64,000 bases of DNA from Lytechinus pictus (lineage: Eukaryota): positions 15,812,001 to 15,876,000 of the forward strand of contig NC_087252.1 of NCBI RefSeq assembly GCF_037042905.1. The letters run 5' to 3'. The position numbers were made by a program, and so were the translations under genes. How positions within the stretch are numbered: position 1 is the stretch's first letter; each line of letters starts with the position of its first letter. Under the pieces are notes generated by a model, which saw only the letters and a list, made by a program, of their open reading frames with translations, was not told where the DNA came from and made no database searches. Positions 41,641-55,400 of this stretch are shown piece by piece.

Positions 41641-42381
41641 TTCGCTCGAGAGTAAAAAGGAAATCTTTATGGCAGTTGAGTTCTCTGCTATCATATCATG
41701 CAGAAATTTAGTTCCACATTAAGGTTACAATTAATCTCTACTGAATAACAAATAACTAAAAAATAAACAAACGAACATGTATAACAGATGGTTACAAATA
41801 ATATTTTAGACTATGATAATACTGATTCCCGGTTATTAAGTAAAAGTAATATCTGCCTAAGTGTACAATTTTTATTCAGCTGGGGGGGGGGGGGGGAGGG
41901 GGAGGGGAGGTTTTCACAAAAGATTTAAGTGTGACTCACAATCATGCTTAATTCGGTGGTTTCACAATATGGTGCACCATCTATCAGTTGCAGTGAACAG
42001 GCCAAATTTCTAACTATGGGGTCGACATCGCACGCAGGCGCAGGTAGAGCTCAGTGCTAGTGTACTAAAATGTGAATGTGATGCTTCAAAAATGAAAATG
42101 ATTTGGCAAAAGCGGAGGTAGAATTCACCGAAAACGGTCTAAATTTTGCAAAAAAATATGCAGCAAATTTCTATCTCACTTCCTGGATCCTTGTGAACAG
42201 CATATGCAAGCCAGTCAAGCCGTGCCGGCTCGCGCAGCATAATCACGTGACAAAAGTCAAATTTTTCCCACGAGGCATTGCGAATCCACCGGATTGCCGA
42301 CGCGCAGATGATGTTTAACGAGCAGTATTATTGATTACTATGTAGTAGCCCAAATCCTCTCAGCATGATCTGACAAAATCA

Positions 42382-42595
42382 GGGGGGTGTTTCACAAAGA
42401 TTTAAGTATGACTTAGAGTCGCACTTAAATACCAAGTTGTGTACGGTATGAAAGGCTTGACCGCATTGGTCAGATCGTGTCATGAGGACGCGCACTACTG
42501 CGTGTCTATCAATAAGATCGCGTGTTCCATATCATGTACGCGTAGGCATTTAAGTGCGACTTAAGTCATACTTAAATCTTTGTGAAACACCCCCC
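42382..42595. mobile_element. MITE
   Basis: GGGGGGTGTTTCACAAAGATTTAAGTATGACTTA has a matching inverted end. Confidence 0.8.
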
Positions 42596-42705
42596 AAGGT
42601 GATGCCTTTTATACCGCACGCAGCTGGAAATTTAAGTTTGACTCCAAGTCACAATTAAATCTTTGTGCAACATCCCCCCAACTACAAGCAGATTCTCTGA
42701 AACAT

Positions 42706-43121
42706 TGGCCCGAATTCACAAAGGTGGTTTTTAAAGCATCGGTTGAACCCATGTTATATGCAGATTTCCTGTATAAATTACGCTTATTTACCATGTATAT
42801 TAAAAAATGCCCAATGGTGATGCACGCTTTTGTCACAGCGCGCCAAATTGACGCCTGTTACCGTGGTTAAGTACGCTGTTTTATTCATACATGTAACTCA
42901 TTAATACTCATTAATTCAAAACAGTGGACTCATGAATAAAACAGCGTACTTAACCATGGTAACAGGCCTCAATTTGGCGCGCTGTGACAAAAGCCCGCAT
43001 CAGCATTGGACACTTTTTAATATGCAAGGTACATGTAAATAAGCCTAATTTATACAGGAAATCTGCATAAACCATGGGTTCAACCGATGGTTTTAAAAAC
43101 CACCTTTGTGAATTCGGGCCA
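42706..43121. mobile_element. Near-perfect palindromic MITE
   Basis: TGGCCCGAATTCACAAAGGTGG...CCACCTTTGTGAATTCGGGCCA with ~180-bp arms. Confidence 0.85.
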
Positions 43122-43264
43122 TTACATCTAAACAAACTTAATGTACTACCGATTTGGTCTAGGTACTATTTGGTCCAACCATCACTTGGTTTTATACTCA
43201 CTAGGTCCAACTGTTAGACCAAGACTAATGCCAAGTTGATCTAATTTCCACTTCGTAAAAGTCA

Positions 43265-43414
43265 TCAATGCTTCCTGGTAGAGGTAGGTTCATGAAATTC
43301 AATGTCATCAATGTTTTCTGGTAGAGGCTTGTTGAGAGTTTCGGGAAGGCCGAGATCAAAAATGGCGCAAGCCAACGCCGTTCCTCCAAATATGAGAAAA
43401 GTTGCTTTGTCACC
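43265..43414 (-). CDS. SLC22A15: Gene B terminal coding exon
   Basis: [49 protein letters not shown]. Confidence 0.88.
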   Translation of the reverse strand, partial: GDKATFLIFGGTALACAIFDLGLPETLNKPLPENIDDIEFHEPTSTRKH

Positions 43415-46400
43415 CTGATTATAAAATGGAAGAAGAGAAGTACATTTCAAAGGGAGCAAAATATTCAAAATTAATTGTGAATTTTTATTTCAAAATTTAC
43501 ATGTTCAAGTAGGAAAATAAAGATTACATGGAGGGATAAAGTTAAGAAGGAAAGCAGTAGGGTTGGTCTAAATGAGGAGGACATAAAGATGTGGAAGGAT
43601 CAAGTGTCATCAAGGCACAAGATTTGGTAACCCCTCTTTAAGCAATATGTCAAATGGGCCAATATTTTTTAGTGCAATGCATTCTATAATAGTTTATGAA
43701 ATTTAATATACAAATATTGACTGCTCATGAGGGCATTAGTAAAACAAAATATCATCCCAAGCTCACTTGAGAGTATAGGCCTACTAAAAAGAGAAGCCAG
43801 TATTTTTAGATACCATGTTTTTTTCAGCTGGGCAATAGTACAAACTATTGCTCTGCTCAAATCGTGCCAATCAGTATATAACTAATATTATCACCCGTAT
43901 CAGACATCTGAGCTGGTCATTTACAAAACCGTATTTCCCTGTATTTTATTATTATCAGGAAGGAATAGGTATATTGTTTGTATTTTCCTCGGTCTCAATG
44001 CGCGTATTGACTTTCCATGCAGAGACGACGCAAAATATACCTTTGTATTTTCCCTGGTCTCACATCCGGGCCTTTGAGGATGCGAATGAAGTGATACGCT
44101 TCATAATGTTCCGCGCACCAACAATCTACGTCATAATAAAGACAACACTGGATCTGGGCGCTTGCAAGTACGTCATAATGGTAAAGCGCAGAGCCTAGAC
44201 ACTGATATTATCATGACACAACAGAACTCTATTCTTAAAATATATCACTGTTATCATGATTTTTGCTCTAGATATCTGATTTGGATGATAATAAAAATAT
44301 TGACTGCCCTTCTTTCGGGGAACATCAAATATATTGCCCTTAAAAGACCCATATTGCCCTCGTCTAAAGACTTGGGCCAATATGATTCTTTTGCTGGCAA
44401 TATATTTGATGTTCCCCTCAAGACCAGTCAATATTATATAAATATTGACTCCATCTTACCATAGGAATAATCTGCGGTGCAACAATGCCTCCTATCCTGG
44501 CTGACATTGAACATATCCCCATACCACTGTTCCTGAAAATAAATAAAAGGTGAAAAATGGTGCAATGATTCCAAAAGCTTTGGGTAAATATAGCTTTTAT
44601 GTCATGGACATTTTTAAAAGGTGGAGAATAGATTTCAAAATACAAAACTAACCAAAGTATTCCAAACATAAAAAGGACTTCCACTGATCTATAAATCTTT
44701 TGATATCAACCTGTTAGACTCGGGAAATTATTTTGAAGGCCCAGGGCCCGTTGCATAAAAGTTACCATTATGGTAACATTGCCATCCAATGGTAACTACC
44801 ATGGTAACGATGTACAACAGCCAATCAAAATCAAGGATTCCATTAAAGTTACCATTAGATTGCAAAGTTACCATAACTTTCATGCAAGAGGCCCTGGAGA
44901 TTTAAGAACCTACTATTATTGTAACTACATTGATGACAGTAATAATCTCTTCTTAACCCATAAGTCAGCTAAAAAAATACATTACATACATACTGGACAA
45001 TATCAGTGTAGGTTTATTATACTTACCTTAAAACAGTTGGGAGTAGTTCGGATGAATATATATAGACAATGTTGAAAGCAGATGATATACCCATTTTGCC
45101 AATCAGAGCCAGAGCAGTCCTAATGATCACCATGGTTTCATCTACAATCAAATAATAATAATAATAATAACAAAATTATTTTCTATATAGTGTTTTACTG
45201 ATGTGTCAAAAAGGCATATTTTTGTCTGCATCAATTGCCTGTCCAATTGAAGGGTGTATTGAACAAAGGACGAAAATCAGACGAAAATCCCTTGCTGTTC
45301 AATATGAGAAGGTATTGAACCGTCTAATGCGCATGCCCGAAATATACAGTGCATACAACAATGAATGCAACATGATGCGCAGCATAGAGCACAATAATTC
45401 TTAATGAAGCCATCATGTAAGTCGCATTTCTAAGATCGAATTTGACCTTATGAAGTGAGGCCATATTAACTGATTGCAGTAAGGGATATGATTTGCTCAA
45501 TCAATTTTTCATTTTTATTTAGGGGGGGGGGGGGGGTAGATAATGATAATCATATTGGATGGCTTTAAATCATGGAATATCAGAAAAATTCCACTTATTA
45601 GAGTCAATATTTGCCCTAACTCTTGGAATATTTCTGGTACTCCATTCTCAGCTATCTAATATAATGTAAATATGAAGTTTATACATGACGAACAAGAAGG
45701 CAGCCATTTTAACTAAAAATTCAAGTTGTGTGCAAAATAAAAGGCATCATCGCACTCATGCTAAGAGCCTTGGTCTCATTATCGCCTGGAGCTCCTTTAA
45801 CTCTGTGCTTGCCATGTAAAACAACCCACAAACCCCACACTAATTGTAGGGTGCCCCTTCAGAATGGGGTTTTGCATGTACTCTCCTTATTTAACTTGCA
45901 GTAACTTATGAGTGGTTTGTTGTAATGAGAAATTGTGTGTAGCATTATCCCAGAGAATTTAACAATGCCAAGAGTATAACTGCAAGAGAATGCAAGTTAT
46001 TTGCGATGCTCCAAAAGTGACATAAAAGTGACCCAAAACCAACAATAAGTCGCCAGGGAAGGTTCTCTGTAAATAGCCAAAATAGCAATTTGGTCTTCAA
46101 GAAAACAAAGATTAGAAACTTGGCTCATCTGAAAGAGTGATTTCTCTTCTTCATACTGTCAAAATTTCAATTTGTGAAGTTAAATAGAAAACAAGACACA
46201 AGAGTTTCTTTGACACAATTTTTGCGGACTGCTTGGAAATTTCATTGAGATTGAACAAGGTGCACTGAATGATCCCAAAATTAAAACATTGTTTTCTCCC
46301 TATTTCTTGAAGCTCCAGCCAAGTTTCTTCTACATTCAGTGAAGTACTTATGAGGGATATTGTTGATCAATTTTGACAAGCTATACATCGTCTTAAAGCT

Positions 46401-49400
46401 TTGTTTTTGCATTTTCAATGTCAATAAAATTCTCAAAATTAAGTTTGGGTGACTCTCCATTCTCACCTTCTTTAGATAAGACTAATAAGCTCAAACAAGA
46501 CACACCACCAACGAACATGGAGGCTGCCATTGCTTTCCTTCGACCAGTCCTAGGAGACAAAAAAAAAGAAGAGGAATTTCTTGATGCAGATGTTACGTTT
46601 GAAAGAAGCAGTGGACCGGTTGGTGAAAGTGCATGGGGACGTTTGGCATGGGCATGTACTGAGGAGGGGTGACGGGCATGTTTTAAGAAGGGCTTTTGAG
46701 TTCAAGGTGGGTGGTTCGAAGAGGGGATGGCCAAAGAAGACAAGGACGAGGCTGGTGGAAGAGGAGAGTAGGAGGGTTGGGTTGATGATGAAGGATGCAC
46801 TGAATCGGGTAAAGTGGAGGGAGGGGTAAGGGCAATTACTGCGAGTATGAGGTGAATCAGCCCACCCCCGTTCACAGGGACAGAACCGGATTTAAAACTC
46901 GAAACCGGATAGATTACGGTATGATGATAATACTAAAATGAATGGCCAAAGAAACAACCATAGTTTTCCTTTTGACCAGTCCTAGTGGACATTCATTCTC
47001 AAAAGAGGTTTCAATTGTACCATGGTACAAACCATGGACCACGAAGATTACGGGTGTTATCATGCTTCAATTAGGTGCCTTTTGCCCGATACGCGCATGA
47101 TAAAGTTGAACGAGTCTATTCAACAACGCGAAGCAAAGTTGAATAGACTACTTTTACTTGCACCAAATCTAATATTTGAATGGTCGCACGAATGACAAAA
47201 CATTCAACATTTGTTTTATACAACACTTGATTTAAAGGCATAGTCCAATGTAGACCAAATAACAAAGGAAAAGGAAGAATAGGACTAGGTCTACATAGAT
47301 ATCCTCGGGCCTATCTTTAGCCTCTTCTTTTGCTAAATTTTATACCTGCGCATGGTGTTTGTAGCGCGTGTGATGCAGGTATGCGCATGCAGGTAAGCGC
47401 GGATCTTGGTGCGCACGTCGAGTTTGCGATCTATTGAACTGCCCGCTCCCTTGCTAAAGCATGCAACAGCTGTCAAGGAAATAGTGTGTAAATAAAGAGA
47501 AAAGGACAGTCATGGTGTACTGGTAGCCAAAATTGGATGACGGGGGTAAAAGTACATCTGTAAAATGTAAATGTCATTCCAAATCAAGAATCACTATATA
47601 AAATAGTAATAACAAAATAGCTCTTAATAAAAATATCCTAATCATTGCATACTATTACCTTGGCTTTAACATGGCTATCCTGATCGAGCACTCAAGTATG
47701 CAAGGAATTCCTCCCTACTGGGTAGCCATCTACTACACCTGGGTGGAGAGTGGCAAATGTGTCTTGCCAAAGGACATAAGTGCTATGGTGGGATTTGAAG
47801 CCCGGACCATGTGGTTTAAAGTCCAGAGAATTATTCAAAGAGTCACAACACGTCTAAAATAAAAGCCAATTATTTATTATTATAACATCCAATGAACAGG
47901 GTTCCCACAGAAATTTGAAAACAGAATTCCATGACTTTTCCATGACTAAATTGCTGCTTTCCATGACTTCCCATGACGTCCCGGTAGTTGGGATGTCACG
48001 AAACTGGGAAAAATGCAAATCATGAACACCAATTATAATAACAGAGTATGATCACAGATTATGAGAGTTACGAGACACAACAAACTGGAAAGCTGCAAAA
48101 GCTTTAGCATGACTTTTCACAAATTTTCCAAATTTCCTGACTTTCCATGACCACAAATTTTTCCAGGATTTTCCATGACTGTGGGAACCGTAATGAATAT
48201 TCATATGAACTCACCTATTGAGCACAAGGAATCCAAAGAGATAGGCAGGTAATTCCACCAATCCCGAGAGAGCAAAGCTAATATACACATTACTACCTAG
48301 ATTACCAGCGTTCATCGTCAGGCCATAGTATACCATGCTAGCAGTGAACCTGAACATAACGGAAGAAATGAAATACATAGTAAACTATGATTGCAGTATC
48401 TGGGACCTGTCTTACAAAGAGTTACGATTGATCCAATCAATCGTACTCTATGGAAATCCATCATTGCCATAATTTTTTTCTACAAAAAATGCGCACAATG
48501 TCCTTTGCATGCAAAGAGAAGCACAGTGAATTTTCAAGACAACGATGAATGCATGAATATACATCATAGCAAGAAAATATTTTGAACTAACATGCTTAAT
48601 AGATGTTGAAATTGCTGGCCGTCCCGGATCAATCTTAACTCTTTGTAAGACGGGGGCCTGCTGATGTATACATGTAACAAAGAGCAAAGCTGATATAAAC
48701 ATTACTTCCGAGATTACCACCATTCATCGCCAAGCCATAGTATATTATGCTAGCAATAAAATTGAATGTAACAGAACTTATAGAAGGAATTAATACATAC
48801 ATGTAGTATGCCATGCTTGAGCAAACTTGAATAAAACAGAAAAAAATCATACAGTACACAAAGTCGTATGATGGTCTTTAACAATCACAGTGAGTAACTT
48901 GCCATTTTGTAGCTATTTCATAGATGTTTTCTCTCCCTTGTATAGCTATGTACATGTAGCTTTTGTCGCCCTTTTGAAAAATGGCTAGAAAATAGCTATT
49001 TTTTGTTCATTTTGCACAGTTTTGCTCACTGTGAATGTAGACATAAAAATCGTAGCCCCTTACTCGATGTACGGTGCTCCCTTACATATCCTGGACTAGT
49101 CCAATATAAAATGACCATAAGGAAACTTGCCAATTGTCTACATTTTAGCAGGAACCTTGTTATGTTTATTCTACAGAGGCATTCCGGCATTCGCGTTACT
49201 TTTGTCAACAATGGAAAATGAGGTTTGGTAATGAAAATCCCCTTCTGTGCCCCGTCTTACAAAGAGTTATGATTGATCCGATCAATCTCAAGTACCGGTA
49301 TATGGAAATCCATCAATGTCATAATTTTTCTTTAGGAAATTTGCTCAATGTCCTTTGAAAACAAAGAGAAGCATACTGAATTGTCAAGAAAACAGTGAAT

Positions 49401-52400
49401 GTATGAATATACATCATTTCTAGAATATATTTCGAACAAATATGTAATTTTAGATTTTGATGTTGCTGGCTTTCCATAGTTGAGATTCAGTGTGATTCTC
49501 TTTGTTCACTATGGAGATTGTGCAGATTTCTTGCAGAAAAAAATTATGGTATGGATGGATTTCCAAACATTTGAGATTGATTGGATCAATCGTAACTCTT
49601 TTAAAGATGGAGCCAAGATATTTGGCAGCGCACGGCTCTGGTAGAAGAGGGCAAGTGCCTAAACTAAGTGGATGTGACCCCATAGACTCACCATGAACAT
49701 ATTAGAATTACCATTCTCATTCTGAGCACAGGGGTCTTGAAGCAGTCTAATAAGCCGTATGTATCATTCTTGGGAGTAGTCTTGGATTCAGCCAGGTTGA
49801 TCATCGAGCGGGAAACCTTCATGCCATTTTTTCTTCCTATCTGATGTAAGACGTCTTCGGCCTCGGTGATACGGCCTTTGGTAACGAGCCAACGGGGAGA
49901 TTCAGGAACCAAACTTAACCATGAGAAAAACAAAACAAACAAAAAGTTTATCCAAGAAATAACCCATATCTTTTCAGAACTACAAATCCTTTTTTTCCTA
50001 AACATGTATTTAAGTCAGAATCAAGGTTGTCACTATATCTATCATCCTAGATCTAAATCTGGCACAGTTTAATACATAAACTGAATTTTTTGAAATCATG
50101 AAAACTCAGCTGAAAACAATTACACTGCAGCTCACCATACACACTCAGATTATCACATGTGGGAGAAAATTACTTGGAAAACTATCAAACATCTGAGTCA
50201 AATGCAGGGTACTTTCGCCAATATCTCAGCAATTACACAATTTTTCCAAAAATCATTCGGCTCATATTTTGGAGTTTACATACAGACATTTGGTAAGTCA
50301 TTTTATTGGATTCTGAAAAAACTCAGTTTGAAATCTTTACCACTACTGGCATTTATCTTTAAGAGTGAATGCCGTAACTTCCTCAATTTAATATCAAAAC
50401 TAAATCTCAGTGAAATTTTCAGTATTTTGGGTTTTTTGTCTCTGTATTTATTCAAATTAATGCTCTGTTCAGATGGACATTGCCAAAGAGAAGAATGTCA
50501 TTACAAAAGAATCTAGTTTATGATTTATAAAATGCCAATAGCGAGTTCCTCAGTGTTGTAATGATCACATTCACGTTATTCAGAAACATAAACATATGAT
50601 AAAGCAATTGTAAAGTTTTCATGCAATAAAGCTTGGAAAACACATACTAAATACTGCAAATATATTTCATCGGTAGGTTTTTCACTATTGCCCACTCCAG
50701 CCTAATACCAGACCTCGATTTGATTTTGACAATTTTCACTGTATATTTGGTAATTCATAATTTTGACCTCATAACCATGTTTTCCTTTACCATGAAATAA
50801 TGTGCTCTTCCTGAATTTTGTGGAATTTTTATGTTATCCACATCGCAGATAACTGGGCACTATTAGTCCCTATATAATGAATACTTCGTCGGGCACTCCG
50901 TGGTCAAGTGGTTCTGACTCTTGCCTTTCAAACAGAGGGTCGTGGGCTCGAATCCTAGCCATGACATGTTTTCTTCAGCAAGAAATTTATCCACGCTGTA
51001 CTGCACTTAACCCAGGTGAGGTGAATGGGTACCAAGTATGATTAATTCCTTGAATGCACCAAGCGCCTTTAGCAGCTGGAGCTACAGCCGGGGTAATATA
51101 TAGTACGCCATTGAATAGGCAACTAGATAAATTGGCGCCTCATAAATGCTATATATTATTATTATTACTTACAAGTATATAGAAAGATACACTCCAACAG
51201 GTAAAGAGGATAGTAACAGAAGGTTCCTCCAGTCTCGCACAAAGTATGCCATCACTGCATAAAGCTATATATGTATCATAAGAGGATATGAGCATATCAG
51301 TTTATACGGGATATGACTTTTACAAACATAGCAGACAGTATCTAAATTTGAAGGGAATAGCCTCATTATGCATTCCTTTAGGCGGACATATCAGATGGGC
51401 TTAAGCTGTTCGTAAGTTACTATACAAATGATGCATGGGTAAGAGTGGGTCGGTAGGAACTGTGTGCACAAGGTAACTTTGGCATGGGTTAAGACTGTGA
51501 TGCCAAAGTTACTGCGTGCACGCACCCAGTTCCACTGACCCACTAAAGAAGCACATGCATCATCAGTTTTATAGAATGGAGAAATGTTACTGAATAAACC
51601 ACAAAAATTAATTATTTACCGGAGGCATGATAATTTCATGCATCTGGTAAATTCAATTTAATTGTGTGTAACTCTAATGAACAGGTTTTTGAAACACCTA
51701 CCTGATCCATTTTGTACAGCACCACCTCAAGACCTAGATCCTCAAATAGTTTCCCGGTAACTTTAATACCCAGCATGCAACAGTTTATTCATGTACTTTC
51801 ATACATGTATGCCAACATGAATGAATAAATAATTTTCCTCTACTCTTCACAATATTTTAGCAAAAAACAAAAGATTATATACATGTAGTATGTTTCCAAA
51901 CCGTCCTGCCTTTCCACTGAAGAATAAGTATCCTTCATGGTTTAAAAAATAATTCACCATAAAATTTTACTTTTACTCCAACATGGAGGCTCACAATAAA
52001 CTGGAATTCCAATTTTAGCATTCATACCACTTTTCATGCTCATTTTTTTTTAGTGTTGTGGCCTAGTGGATTAGTCTCCAGACTTTGAAACAGAGGGTTG
52101 TGTGTTCAATTCCCAGCCATGGTATAATTTCCTTTAGCAAGAAATTGATCCACATTCTGTTGCACCAAACCCAGGTGAGGTGAATGGGTACAAGGCAGGA
52201 ATTTATTCCTTGAAACACTTGATCATGTGACAGTAGCTTAGCTAAAGCAATTAGGGTAATTATACGCTGCCTTTATTGCAGAGCACTTTAATAGAGACTT
52301 TTGATAAAGAGGTATTAGGTGCTATATAAGCAAGATTAATTATTATTATTTTTCTTAACCCTTTGCATGCTGATGTTGCAATTTTGCACATTCATCATTA

Positions 52401-55400
52401 ATTAAAAAAATCCTAATAATTAGTTTTCTCCCCTAACTCCCATAATACGGAAGCAAATAAATGGCAAAAGTTCTTGGACAACATCTATGTTACAATTATC
52501 AGTATCAATTGTTCGAAATGGAAATCATGATACAAAGAATTTAACATGGAAACAATTTTCATCATTATTCCCCAAAAAAATTAATTCAGCATGCAAAGCA
52601 TTGAAAAGCAAATCCCAAACAGATAGTTGTCTGGGCTCCATGTCACCTGAGGATACATAATAATAATAATAATATGGAGCTTTTATATAGCACTTAATAC
52701 AATACAGTTTCTAAGCGCTTTACAATTTAAACAGAACGTAAATAAAACAAGTACAATATAATCAATTTAAATAGAAACAAAGTATGAATATAAGTGTACA
52801 ATTTTAAGAGGTAATTAATGTCAATCATATAAACAACAAATCGATAAATGAAATAGAAAGAAAATAACAGATAACTGGTAATCATTAAGTGTAAAACATG
52901 AAGAGGTAATGAAATATCAATCATATAACAACAAATCAATAGAAAGATAACAGATAACTGGTCATTGAAACAGCTAATACTTGTTCTGTTGATTAAAAAG
53001 ATGGGTTTTGAGTCGATTTTTAAATACAGCGACAGTACATACCATTACACCAAATGCAAATGTACACGGAGCACACGTAGCTGATAGAGCCCTGTGATGG
53101 GAACTTAGATTCTCTGTTTGCAGAACAAAGACGGATAAAATCACACCTCCAGCTCCGTATCCTACCAAAAATCTACAGAAGACAAGAAATACAAAATGAA
53201 TTAATAATACTAATAGTACTACAAATCAATTAAATAATGACAATAATAATAGTAATAATATTATTAATAATAATGACATTTATACAGCTCACAAGTGCTT
53301 GAAACTGTAATTATTACAATTATTACTAGCTCTCATTTGATCCTGGTATGCCCGCACACAATGTAAGCCCTTTCTCTTCTCCCTGGCCATACGCAATGGA
53401 GGATAGGAGTCGGGGGCAGTCCCCGTCACCTGAAATTTTGAAAACTTACATATTTTTTCCTGAAAATTTCACAAAATTCACAAAAAGTGTGCACAAAATC
53501 CTTCAACTTCACATTAGAAGGTCTGGTAGTGCCCCCGTGACAAGCTTGGTCACTAAGCTCCCTCACTTTCAATTTTATTTGAAAACTTTAAAACGTCTCT
53601 GCCCCCAAGGAAAACAAATCTGTGTACAGCCATGCATGTCAATTCACATACATTTGGCAAAAAAAAAATCAACAAAAGTGGATTTATCAAACAATCCAGA
53701 TTCCCACCATACAAACTGAGAAATAGGGAACATTTTGTCCAAGAATTGGAAAGGAAGAAGGGAGAGAGTGAAGAGATGGAAAGAAAACAGGGGAAGGCGT
53801 CGCAGTGAAATAAGTTCACAGCAATCAAGTATCGAAGTGTGACGTCATCAATTTCTATTTTGCATTTCAGCATTTTTTATACCATATTCTGGTAGAGCAT
53901 GATGAAATACCCATATAACCCAAATTTGGTGGGAATTGGTCCATGGGGCCCCAAGAAATGACCTCATGAATACAGAATTAGCCCCACTGAAGTCAATGTA
54001 TTATTGGCCTGGTTCTAAATGTTAGGAACAAGGCCAATAATACATTGACTTCAATGCGTCGAATTATGTATTCATGAGGTCATATCTAAGGCCCCCACTG
54101 ACCGATTCCCACCAAATTTGGGTTATAGAGGTTTTTCATCACGCTCTACCAAAATATGGTATCGAAAGCGCTGAAATGCAAAAAAACCCAAAAAACAATG
54201 ATTACAATGAGACCACTACATACCTGAAAACAAGGAACTGTTCAAATGTCCACACCATTGCACTAAGTGTACCAAGAAGACTTAACAACGCGAGACCCAC
54301 TAAGGTCATCCTTAGACGGCCATAGTGATCGGAGAACGACCCAAACTGGACGTTACCTAAGAGCACGCCTGCCATGAAGACACTCTGAGCTAAACCAACT
54401 TTATGGCTCTTCTCGCATACCAGGTCCCACTGTGAATTAAAAAAATCAGAGAGAAAATTGAAACAGAAATCTGGTACAAACAATGGACAGCCTGTGATAA
54501 AACTACGTACTTATATATATCTGAACAGTTAAATTTAAAAAGTATAACATGCCAATATATGCTTTAATTACTTTCAATGAACTGATATGATCAGGTAATT
54601 ATCAGTGCATTCATTGCCTTATTACTTAAAAAGTATTTATTTTGCAACTTTGTATTACAGGCACAGATCCTGTCTGAATTTTATGGGGTGCAAATTTCAA
54701 GACCATTTCAACCTCTCCCCCCCAAAAAAAGTTCATCAGTCCAAAATGAAAGACATTCCATCCCCATATTCACTCCATCATACAATGAAAACACACCATG
54801 GGGTACACCATTACAATTTCAAATTTTGAGGGGTGTGCCCCGCACCTTCTGCCACTCCCCTGGATCCGCATCTGGGTCCCGTTTCATAAAGACTTGCTAT
54901 AATAACGATTGCACAATTTATATCAGCCAATCATTTCAGTAGCTGTTATTGCACATACAGGTTTGATGAAACAGGCCGCTGATGTTTATGTTCCGCTCTG
55001 GGTATTGAATATGTTTGGCATGCTCTGGGTATTGAATATGTTTGGCTAGACCAAAAGCTTCAGTCTCTGTATTTTGGTTGTTCCGCTGAACTACCTTGGC
55101 TCCACTCACAGTAAAATGTCAGAAATTGTTGAATAAATCCCCAGAAACGACGGTTATTCCTGTCTAATGTTTGGCATGCTCTGGGTATTGAATATGTTTG
55201 GCATGCTTGTTTACCTCTGTGGCGATTGAAGTGAATTCTGGGCCGTATTTATAATCATCACAGGGGGGTTTCATAAGACACACATCATCGTAAACCGAGA
55301 GATGATCGCCACACATTATACTGGAAGGCTCTCGTCCTACGAACACCAGGGATAGCATATGCATGGCACCAAATAGCTGGATGGAGTTTAGTATTATCTG

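Noticed and set aside
41289..41722. Ile/Tyr/Ser-rich ORFs
   Set aside because: Translations of a (TCTA/TCCA)n microsatellite.
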